Positions 23,213 through 33,125 of a DNA stretch of 64,000 nucleotides are shown here, piece after piece. Each line of letters begins with the position of its first letter. Positions within the stretch are counted from its first letter, which is position 1. The translations under genes and the position numbers were made by a program. The notes under the pieces were generated by a model. The model made no database searches. It worked only from the letters and a program-made list of their open reading frames with translations, and had not been told where the DNA came from. Origin of the DNA: Asterionella formosa (lineage: Eukaryota); assembly GCA_002256025.1 (NCBI GenBank), contig NKIB01010224.1:1-64000 (forward strand), in the 5' to 3' direction.

Positions 23213-24964
23213 ATGCTCGACGGTGTAGCAGCAGTACGAGAGTACATTGACCGTATGGTCACGGGAGATGGAAAGTGTAGCGGAATGAAGGTTCTGCTGT
23301 TGGATGCTTCCACTACCCAAATCGTTTCGTGCGTATATTCGCAAACAGAGATCATGACTAAGGAAATCTATTTGGTTTCGAGACTTGATGATCAATCGAA
23401 TCCGCAGCTGCAGAACGGAAACAGTTCGATAGATGAGAAGACGAGTCATTTGAAAGCTGTTGTCTTTGTGAGACCTACGGAGGTCAATGTCGGATTATTG
23501 GTCCGGGAGTTGGCTAGGCCAAGATTTAATGAATATCACGTATTTTTTAGCGGCGTGCTAACTGGTGGACTCTTGCGCTTGTTGGCTGAGAACGATCCTT
23601 TAGAAAAGATGCGACAGCTGCAAGAATTCTATGCGGATTTTGTACCGATCAATGAGGATCTATTGACATTGCAATGTAGACACACGTTGGCTATGACAGT
23701 TTCTGCGGGAACCTCGTTTGCCCGCGATTACGCTCACCTCTATGAGCGCAATCTTAGAGGTCTTCAGGCAATGCTTCTTGCTTTGAAAAGGCAACCTTCA
23801 GCTATCCGATATTCGCGATCATCAAAAGTCGCAGAACAGCTGGCCAAGGATATCGTGGACGAAGCAAAGAGCGATCAAATCTTCCATTTCAGGAGATCGA
23901 ATCAGGGAGGCTTGCTCTTGCTAATTATTGATCGCAAGGACGACCCAGTTACGCCTCTTCTGTCTCAATGGACTTATCAGGCAATGGTGCACGAACTTTT
24001 GGGTTTGAACAATCATCGCGTTATCATGAAAGGTGCACCGAATGTTCCCAAAGAACTCGAAGAAGTGGTGCTGAGTGCCAATCAGGATACTTTTTTTCGG
24101 GAGAATAGACACAAAAATTTTGGTGAGCTTGGCGAAGCTATTCAAAAGATGTTGCAAGAGTACCAACGCCAAACCCAACAAAACAGTCCTTCTAACCTAA
24201 ACACAATTGAAGACATGCAAAATTTCATGGACAAATTCCCTGAACTTCGAGTCCGTTCGCACAACGTGTCAAAGCATGTTGCTATTATGGGGGAGCTTGC
24301 TCGACTTGTGGACGTCTGCTCCTTGATGGATGTATCTCAGTTCGAGCAAGAGTTGGCCTGTGCAGATGATCATAGTTCGCATGTTCGTGAACTCATGGAA
24401 AAACTCAATTCCCCGTCAGTCAAAATACCAGACAAGCTACGTCTCGGAATGCTGTATGCATTAAGGTATGAAAATTCAGGAAATCTACATGCAATGAAGG
24501 CTGCCATGACAAGAGGTGGCGTTCCTTCCGATATGGTGGACTTGGTCAATACCATGCTCCGATATGCCGGCTCAAAAGTTCGCGGACCAGGTCTCTACGG
24601 AGACGGTTCTGGTAACCTCATGACGAAAATGACCAAGAATTTCATGACAACTGTTCAGGGAGTCAGTAACGTCTATTCGCAACATGTTCCTGTGTTGATT
24701 GATACAATTAACGCTGCTGCGAAGGGAAAACTCAAGACCGAAACTCATCCGTTCGTTGAAGGCGGGTCCCGAGGTCCCCAACCCGAGTTAATTGTTCCAG
24801 AAGAGATTCTTGTTTTCGTTGCTGGTGGAGTCTCGTACGAAGAGGCTACAAAAGTAAGTGACTTCAACGAAGCAAACTCGGGTAAAATCCGCGTCATATT
24901 GGGAGGAAGTACCGTCCACAACAGTACAAGCTTTTTGGATGAACTAAAGGCGTTGCCAGTGTAA
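23213..24964 (+). CDS. VPS45: Sec1/Munc18-family protein Vps45
   Basis: GMKVLLLD, HLKAVVFVRPT, QEFYADF, DRKDDPVTPLLSQWTYQAMVHELLG, NVSKHV, ILGGSTVHNSTSFL. Confidence 0.93.
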   Translation: MLDGVAAVREYIDRMVTGDGKCSGMKVLLLDASTTQIVSCVYSQTEIMTKEIYLVSRLDDQSNPQLQNGNSSIDEKTSHLKAVVFVRPTEVNVGLLVRELARPRFNEYHVFFSGVLTGGLLRLLAENDPLEKMRQLQEFYADFVPINEDLLTLQCRHTLAMTVSAGTSFARDYAHLYERNLRGLQAMLLALKRQPSAIRYSRSSKVAEQLAKDIVDEAKSDQIFHFRRSNQGGLLLLIIDRKDDPVTPLLSQWTYQAMVHELLGLNNHRVIMKGAPNVPKELEEVVLSANQDTFFRENRHKNFGELGEAIQKMLQEYQRQTQQNSPSNLNTIEDMQNFMDKFPELRVRSHNVSKHVAIMGELARLVDVCSLMDVSQFEQELACADDHSSHVRELMEKLNSPSVKIPDKLRLGMLYALRYENSGNLHAMKAAMTRGGVPSDMVDLVNTMLRYAGSKVRGPGLYGDGSGNLMTKMTKNFMTTVQGVSNVYSQHVPVLIDTINAAAKGKLKTETHPFVEGGSRGPQPELIVPEEILVFVAGGVSYEEATKVSDFNEANSGKIRVILGGSTVHNSTSFLDELKALPV

Positions 24965-26324
24965 ATTATTTTAGTAGAATGGAAACTGACAGCAAATACG
25001 TGCAGCTCGAGATATTTCTACGAATCAGTGCAGCCGCTTCGAGTAGGTATTGATGAGTGCTGGTGACCAAAAGCAATGCAACTATATGCACATAGTATTC
25101 ATTTGCTTCCATTGATCTCAGTGGTCTCCTATTGCTTTTTTTATTGCACAATTAGCGACGAATCCTGTGTACAATATGAGTCATAATATTTTTGCTGGTC
25201 ATTGGAAATTTGCTATTCCTACCCTTTCTACTTGTCCCTACCCTTCACAACCATAGTATCAATGACTGAATCGGATTTCTTCGAGGCGTTTGTTGATGAA
25301 GTCTTTCCAAAGAAATTTATGACTTCCCTTCGTGATGGGAGCTACTAGGCTTCTGTCTCACTTTCTGTTGCTGCTCCATCTTCATTGAGTTACCTGGTTT
25401 GATGTTTTCTAGATTAAGAATTGCAGAACCAAAGAATTATGCTAAAGTTCATTCAAAGCAATGGAATGCATAGTGGTAGAAATCAGGTATTCTGTTAACC
25501 TATGAAAATTCTAAGGGAATTCAATCTTGGCATGTGCTATATTCTTACAGGATTCGAAACTGGGTATCTCATCTGCACATAAAGGGCTTGAACCTGATCC
25601 TGTAGGAACTACATGTGGCAACTTTGTAATTTTTAGGAAGGTTCCCATTATAGAGTGATAGAAGTGTTAGTCCTTGTAACTTTTCCCTTACCCAAGAATT
25701 GGAATAAGTATTTGCCGGTACACAGTCGTACCTGGAACTAGATGTAGCAAACTTACCGCAACTTGCATGGAGATAACAAGTAGAACAATTGTGAATATTC
25801 AATGCTATCTGCAATGCATATATACCTTTCCTTCATTGAAAAATTGATTACTAAGAACATTCTCCATTCGAATATTTACCTTGGTTTGCTGATAAACCAG
25901 TAATTCTTGGCAATCAATGCTGTTCAAATTCTCACAGCATTTCAATACGGGATTTTGGCTGGAATATTAATCAAGATTGATTAGTTCGACTGAACTAAAA
26001 TGCACGCAGTACTAAATCTTGACAACATTATACTCTCTGTATGCACGATGCGACGACCGGTCTATATTTTTATGATCGTAGATCGGCAGTTCCCACGTGT
26101 TCTTTGGGTTGAAGTTACCGCTGTTTTTATGTTCTTTCCTGCCGCCATTCGAATGGGTCATGTGTGGTGATGAGAACCCAAATATCGCATCATCATGTGA
26201 CATGTGTTCACTAAATCAATCAAACAAGAAGCGGTTTGACATCAAGACGAAAAACCCTTCTTTGTAGAATAATAGGGTCACAACAACAAAAACAAAATTT
26301 GACAACAAAGAAGTATACAACACC

Positions 26325-27369
26325 ATGTTACGATCATTGGCATCCCCTCGAGTCAAAATGATGGCCCTTCAAGCTATTCAAGTGCGAGCACTTTCTTCGC
26401 CTGGTGCTGATCCACTTCATTTGATGGTCACTGAGTGCAAGCGACGAAATCTTTGCGACGAAACAGGATATCGACTACCAGGAGTTCACTGGACGCTTTC
26501 GGTTGCCGCCACTGCAGAAGATCCTCTGCAGGTCAGATGATCGAAAATATATGCTCGCAACCATTTTTGCTACATCATATACTCACTTAGATATCTATTG
26601 TCCTCCGCCATTTTCCTTTTTATGCAGGCTCCATTCTTGCGTACGATTGGAATTCAACGCATCTCAGAAAATGGGATTGATTTTGTAGTTAAGAAGGGTT
26701 CAGGATGCTCGAAGACATTTGTTTCTGGTCGTCCTATAAGTGTCCTTCACTTGAAAGGGAAATATGTAGCTGGTGAAATTGTCGAACAGTGGCGCGCCGA
26801 AGGGCATTGTGAGAAGATTCCTTTGGCGGAGGTGATTGACGTAATCCCAAGCTACACATTAAACGCTATGATAGCAACAAAAAGACTAGAGCAAGAGATC
26901 GAAATGAAGTTTAATTCTGACGTAAGTTTTGAGATATGCATCATTTCGAGCTGCCATGGTTTTTAGCACCCTGTGTTGGCTCATGCACTCTTCCTCTAAC
27001 GTGAATTTTCAAGCCCCAACAGGATCGGCTAACTATTATGGACAATTCGCATGTTCATGAAGTTGTTCAATCCACGAGAATGGAACTAGAAGCAAAAACA
27101 ATTGACAAGGAAGAGTTTGAAATAGCTATTCGAGTACGTTGTACAGTGTGCTGTTCGCTATGAAATTATAGAATCAAGTTCCTCACAATCCTCATCCCAT
27201 CAAAACTCCAATGAATTAGGCCTATCGTTTCCGCCCTGATCGCATGGAACGAATGACTGGAGGACCAGAGACAATTTTGTGGGATCGTTGGGAATGGCGC
27301 CGAGCCTCTGGAAACTGTCCCGAGGGAAGTACGATTTGGGACCCCCCTACACATCTCATGCCTCATTAG
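26325..27369 (+). CDS. Pyridoxamine 5'-phosphate oxidase-like (FMN split-barrel) protein, probably mitochondrial
   Basis: Four exons with GT-AG introns at 26532-26627, 26922-27022 and 27134-27219 give one open frame. Motifs: PFLRTIGI, EQWRAEG, AYRFRPDRMERMTGG...WDRWEW...W...LMP. The N-terminus is Arg/Ser-rich and ends RALSS. Confidence 0.65.
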
Positions 27370-27552
27370 ATTATCATCATGGCTTTGTTTTTGAATGCAA
27401 AAACTCGCCATACGCTTCTCATAGTGTGACTCATTTGTTCATGACTATGACTGTTGAAATGTTGAAAACTTGTGAGAAAGTGAGAATGATACATGTAGCG
27501 TAATCCTTATTTCATTCTACGTTATCTGTTCAATTGCACAAAGTGCTCGAAA

Positions 27553-28270
27553 TTAAGTAGGACGGCATTGTGGATTTGATGACTTGCGCCATCGTTCGTC
27601 CAGTGCGTTCATGTTGCAATGGAAGATGGGTTTGCCTATTTTTCCATTAACAAAGTTATGCTGCTCGCATAGCCACATGGACAGGTCTTCTCTTGACTTG
27701 ACTCTGATGCGTCGATTGTGTTGGGCGTGTGGGTTAGCAAATTGCAACAAAATGGAAGGAATCTATTTGAAACAGTGAGTGTTCAACACCAGTTGCACAT
27801 ACTTTACCGGTGCTGCCTTGAGGTTTTCTTGAAAATCTGCAGCACAATAAGAACAAGGATAGAATCTTGCTAATGCGCCGATAAAGTTAGTCATCATGCT
27901 TTGATCTTGACTTGACGGTGTGTCGGGATACCAAGCCGCCTTTGAGACGGGCGCTGTGTGAGAACGGACTGATTTTGGTTCAGGGATACGACACACAAAA
28001 CACGCAGTTTCAATAGAAAATTTAGAAAATTCCCAAGCCACTCACCATAGTATGCAGCAGTGTCCATGAGCATCGTCCCAGTTGAGCTGTATTTACTGGA
28101 CAATTGACTTCCTTCTTGACAAAGTTAGGCTGTCTCTTGTTCCCAACGTCCGCCACGTTCATCAATCCAGTTTTGGCCATAGCATCTTTGACATCATCAC
28201 ATGCTGGCCGATCACAATCATCTCCACCATATGGCATGGATGGCATAGCCGGTCTGTTCTTGTTGGACAT
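27553..28270 (-). CDS. ERV1: FAD-linked sulfhydryl oxidase Erv1/ALR
   Basis: CP..AQLGRCSWTLLHTM joined to AAWYP, then FYPCSYCA and WLCEQHNFVNGKIGKPIFHC...LDERW. Introns at 27940-28045 and 27704-27802. Confidence 0.92.
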
Positions 28271-28647
28271 GGCGGTGAATTGTTGGTCTATAGTTCTGGG
28301 TCCGATAGGCGTTGTCAAGTTCACATCACCCAGATTCTTTTCCTACGCTGTCGTCGTGCGTTCGAACGAGAGAATTACCTACCGGCACGTATCTGTGAAT
28401 ACCGGTAGTCAAACGAGTCCCGGTACTGGAGTAGTTTTATAACCCACCCGGCGGTACTTTTGTCTGATTGTTGCTTTTTATAATGACCATCATAGCATCG
28501 CAGCACTGAGTTTGCTATTTTGAATCGAGATTCCTTCGCCTATACCGTGACTATATTTGTAACAATCCCAGTACCGTACGGTAGCGACATTACCATTGCT
28601 GCACTCTGCATGGTCGAATCTTCCGCTACAACTCTTGTTGCCTTGCT

Positions 28648-30174
28648 ATGAATAGTGACAACGAGTTCGTCGTCGCCGCCCTCAGTGTTCCTTTGCTAGA
28701 CGACGTTATGAGTAACGATCCCAATGACCGGAACGATGGCCCACCCTACGACTCTGACTCGTGGAATTCAGCACAAATCATGGCCATGTTGTCCAACTTT
28801 TCGACCTCGTTCAATGTGGTCAACATCTCGTTGGTTCTTCCCATGCTGAGCATTCTGTATCCAGGAAATTCTCAAGACTCTGCTGCATGTGCTTCCTCGC
28901 TGCTGGCAGGTATGATGGTGGGACAGTTGCTTGGAGGAGCACTCGGTGACGGACCGCTGGGGCGATTGGGGGCCTTGAGATTAGTCATGGCCCTTCAAAT
29001 TGGGGCATCTCTGGCGTCTTCGCTTGTGACAGGTGCTCACGTATACATGCTCTTGGCCATGACGAGATTCGTTCTGGGCGTTGGGGCCGGTGGCGTGTAC
29101 CCATTGGCAGCCGTACTGTCGGCGGAACAACTGGGGTCGGACAAGAGTCCAAAAGGCAAGCTACAGCAGCTCAATCGCGTGGTATTAACCTTTTCTATGC
29201 AAGGACTTGGATTCTTGGCAGTTCCTATGATAGCATTGCCGTTACTGCAGTTCACGGACGAATCACAATTAGATATAGTGTGGCGAGTGATTTTAGGATT
29301 TGGCAGCGTGCCGGGAATTATCCTAATGGGTCTTCAATGGAGACTGTATCGACGAACCGACATGGAGGTGCTACCACAATTAGAAGAAGATCTCAGCGAA
29401 AATGTGCAAAACAATCAAGACAACCAAGTTGCATTTGTAATCTCAGGCGGTAAAGACGATGCTGATCCAAGTCACGATGAGGATGGAACACTTGACGACG
29501 AGGATGTCATTGATTCTGAACTTAGCCAAACTCTCTGGATGTCATTGAAAAACGAACCGCAACTTTGCAACAAATTATTGGGAACGGCAGGAACGTGGTT
29601 TTTATTTGATGTTTTATTTTATGGCAACACGCTCTTCCAACCGATTGTCATGGAGGCTACTTTTGGTGGTAAGGTCGTTGATAAACATGATGAATTAAAG
29701 AAGGCAGCAACAGACTCATTAATTTTGGCACTGATTGCTTTGCCCGGATATGTGGTTTCTGCTTTAGTTATTGGAAAGAGGTTGTGTTACGTGCAACAAA
29801 CACCTAGATACGTGCAACTTCAGGGCTTTTTTGCCATGGCCTTGCTTTACGCAATAATTGGTTCATATTGGGCATACTTGAAAACAGTGCCAAGTCTGCT
29901 TGTACTGATCTATGGTATGACATTTTTCTTTGCCAACTACGGACCTAACACTACAACGTTTGTTTTTCCATCCCTTGTTTATTCCCATGAATGTCGGTCG
30001 ACACTGAATGGGGTGGCAGCGGCTGCTGGCAAGGCAGGAGCACTACTGGGAGCAACATTGTTTGCTCCTGCAGCGGATACTTTGGGAGATAGCGATGTGA
30101 TGCTAATTTGTTCCGCCATTTCTGTTGTTGCATTTGGTTTCACATATTGCTTTGCTCGAATGCCTAATGCTTGA
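28648..30174 (+). CDS. MFS transporter of the PHT1/Pho84 phosphate transporter family (divergent)
   Basis: GQLLGGALGD..LGR, RFVLGVGAGGVYPLAAVLSAE, FSMQG, WRVILGFG, TWFLFDVLFYG, FFFANYGPNTTTFVFP, RSTLNGVAAAAGKAGA. Confidence 0.85.
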   Translation: MNSDNEFVVAALSVPLLDDVMSNDPNDRNDGPPYDSDSWNSAQIMAMLSNFSTSFNVVNISLVLPMLSILYPGNSQDSAACASSLLAGMMVGQLLGGALGDGPLGRLGALRLVMALQIGASLASSLVTGAHVYMLLAMTRFVLGVGAGGVYPLAAVLSAEQLGSDKSPKGKLQQLNRVVLTFSMQGLGFLAVPMIALPLLQFTDESQLDIVWRVILGFGSVPGIILMGLQWRLYRRTDMEVLPQLEEDLSENVQNNQDNQVAFVISGGKDDADPSHDEDGTLDDEDVIDSELSQTLWMSLKNEPQLCNKLLGTAGTWFLFDVLFYGNTLFQPIVMEATFGGKVVDKHDELKKAATDSLILALIALPGYVVSALVIGKRLCYVQQTPRYVQLQGFFAMALLYAIIGSYWAYLKTVPSLLVLIYGMTFFFANYGPNTTTFVFPSLVYSHECRSTLNGVAAAAGKAGALLGATLFAPAADTLGDSDVMLICSAISVVAFGFTYCFARMPNA

Positions 30175-31489
30175 GCTTTGGAATCTGCAAGACCCACCGA
30201 GCAAGTGATATAATGTAAGGAATGGGGTTCTGTAACTACTAATACTGTACTATAACTTGAATGTTGTTGCATAGAGGAAGTAAACGGCAATAAAACTGTC
30301 ATGAGAAAATACTTGCTAATTTCTTAAACTTGTATCATCTTCCAAGTTGCTCTTAATTGATACTCCTATATTCTTGTATGCAGTAACAGCTCAGAAATCC
30401 AGCCTAACTACATTGCCATCACTATCTACAACTCCTGCTGCTGCCACTATAGTTCAAATCGGACCATACTGGATTTTATTCTGCTACAATTCATACATCA
30501 ATGGTTTGTTTCACTACATTTTGTTTCTATGAGGAGCTTTGTTGCTGTCCGCAACAGCAAACTCTCAATAATTTGGTCTTGAGGAAGTGGCTGTGCTAGG
30601 TGGCAGTTCACGAAATCGTTGCTGCCAATATCATTTGTATAACTGTCATGGTGTTTTTGATGGCGGGTAGTATGATGGGATTGACGCATTTGATTCGGAA
30701 CTTGTGGGCGAGTTCTGTAAAGTTGAAAGTCATGCTACCTATCCTTGAGCTGACAGTTCTATAGGGAATTCAGCCTTCTGGAGTGAAATTCTATCCTCTC
30801 CCCAAGATGATTTCAAAGAGTTTTATGGTGTCATTATTATGAAGTGTGACGGAATGGTTGAGATTCAGGAATAGCTAGCTAGCAGTCATCCATAGTACCA
30901 GAGTTAGTTATTCCAAAGATGGAAGAAATAGTAAGAGGTAATGTTTCAATTGGTGGAGACTTGTTAGGCTCAACAATTTACCTCGTTGTTGAAATTTGGC
31001 TTGCAAGTCTTTATTTGTAGCTATTATGAAGAGCTAATAAACTAGTATAAAGGACAACATTAAAAAAAATAGAAAAAAGCCGAATATATACCACCTCATG
31101 TCTTTAAGAGTTTGAAACAATATATGTACTAGGAGGTGCATTGAAGTCCAAAATACCATTGAAATGATTAAAACATTTCGAATGGAATCTTGTCATTCAA
31201 AATTAGCTAATAAAAATTTTCTGTTCCAGGGAATTTCGGCAACCCTAAGCAATATTTTAATTGTTATCTCACATAGGGTTGAAACGCAGGATATTCGGTA
31301 GACTATCGGTATTTTATATTCCAATCAACCATATATAAAAGAAATAGCAATAACAATATATATATAAATTTCCAACAATGCACTCGGTTTGCACTACTTT
31401 ATATGGCGTCACACACATCATTTATCGCACATCAGAACGCCGACCTCGGCTAGTCTACCGTATAGCAGATCCACTATTGTACCATCAAG

Positions 31490-31993
31490 ATGCCAGAAAC
31501 ACGCTTCCATGTTGGTATGACATGGTAAGAGGCGAACACAAAGTAGACGATTGAGTTTACAACAGAGTTTGATGATCGCAAGCAAGTGTCTCGTTTCTTT
31601 GAACGCGTACACCTGACTGAATTGATTTATAAACCCGAAATGGAGCTATCGTGGAACGGAAATTGTGTCATGCTGTACCGGTATACTAATCATTGAAACT
31701 TTGTTTGTTTCAATAACGAAAAATAGCGAAGGATGCGCTGCAGCAATTAAGAGAATTCTTGGCAAGGTTGATGGAGTGACAGATGTTCAGACAGATGTCG
31801 CTGCCAAATCAGTGGTGGTTCAACATGTCGAGTCAGTGTCTCCTCAAGACATGAACGAAAAACTGCAAAAGGTATGACGGGTGTGCATGTTTCATTAAAC
31901 CCGGATATTTTGCGATCTTTGATAGGAACTAAACAATTCTTCTCCATTTTCTAGTGGTCGGCGGCTAGTGGGAAGTCAGTGGAGTTGATTTGA
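31490..31993 (+). CDS. ATX1: Copper chaperone Atx1/ATOX1 (HMA domain)
   Basis: Spliced product MPETRFHVGMTCEGCAAAIKRILGKVDGV...KLQKWSAASGKSVELI. Introns at 31525-31726 and 31872-31954; the first splits the MTCEGC motif. Confidence 0.9.
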
Positions 31994-32199
31994 TTTGGAC
32001 TATCATATCATGTGCCTGCACATTGATGTATACATTATGACTCGTAATACATAGGTATGGTTGGATCGATGTTCACTTCAGCAACAATTTTAATCTTGAA
32101 TTCAGATTGAATAGAATACTAGATCGGATCGACCTATGCGTGTTGGGACATATATATTACAGGGAAACAGAAGCACAATCCATGGATACTTTTCTTGAT

Positions 32200-33050
32200 T
32201 AACTACCGGTACCAGTTTGCTGTTATGGAGAGCCTAAAACCAGTATTGATGTTGGACTATTCGGTGGTTCCGTTCCCATTGTCATAATAGGCAGCTAGAA
32301 TTCGTGAACTGAGGAGGACGTAAAAGGAGTGGTGCATGAAAGACTACAGTACGTTCCTCTCACATCGTGTGTGCTGCTACGGGTACCTGGTACCAGGTAG
32401 CCACCGGTACAGTAGGGAGTATCATGAGAGTCTTCATCTCCTACTGTATGTACCGTTAGGATTGTTGTTCTACTTAAGAGATTCGTCGTCCTCCTCATTA
32501 TGATAATTGTGGTACCAGGTACCAGGTACCTGCAAGTTGCGGTCATCTTGCTGAACAAGAAGTCGAATGTTAACGACGGTTCTTACTATAAGGAAACGCA
32601 AATAAATTTCAAATTTACCACAACTTGCTGGAATACGGGAGGGTTCATGAGCGAGGAAGTACCAGGTACCACGTAGACCCGGTACCTATTTATTCAGGCC
32701 AATTAGTACCGGTAGACTGGTTGTATTTGTACCGGTCGGAGGTACCGTAGGCATGTCTTGCGCGCATCACGCACGATGTAAACCGGTACCAGGTACGATA
32801 TATGTTTCACAGTTGCTCTACCCAGACTATTTTTCCAACATTTTACCTAGTACCTGATACTGGTACTGTTATACCGGTACCACCCCCGCTATCCTCCTGG
32901 TAGTAGAACAGTACCTGGTACCAGTACTCCTACCAGGTATAGCTGTTGCTCCCACCCTCAGGGACGGTTTGTTCCAGGTACCAGGTACCTGGCAGTATGT
33001 ACAGTGCTGGTAGTATGTACAGTGCTGGTACCAGGTACCAGGTACTCTGT
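32200..33050. repeat. Dense patch of GGTACC / TACCGGTA / (TACCAGG)n motifs upstream of SEC24
   Basis: Examples: ggtaccaggtaccaggtacc (~32511-32530), ggtaccaggtacctgg (~32977) and ggtaccaggtaccaggtac (~33027). An 18-bp tandem duplication agtatgtacagtgctggt lies at ~32994-33029. Confidence 0.7.
32529..32631. mobile_element. ~100-bp MITE, copy 2 (same TIR family, divergent interior)
   Basis: TA-CCTGCAAGTTGCGGTCA...TACCACAACTTGCTGG. Confidence 0.6.
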
Positions 33051-33125
33051 GCTAGCAGTGGACGCGACGATCTTTCGACATAGATCTGTTGGCATTGTCG
33101 AAGCGACGAGTCATCGGCATTGACC

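Noticed and set aside
25150..26000. Gene or element between VPS45 and the PNPO-like gene
   Set aside because: Only short, motif-less ORFs, and no terminal repeats found.
32200..33050. CRISPR-like array
   Set aside because: The repeats are 6-8 nt and irregularly spaced, with no constant repeat-spacer period. There are no cas genes and the context is eukaryotic.
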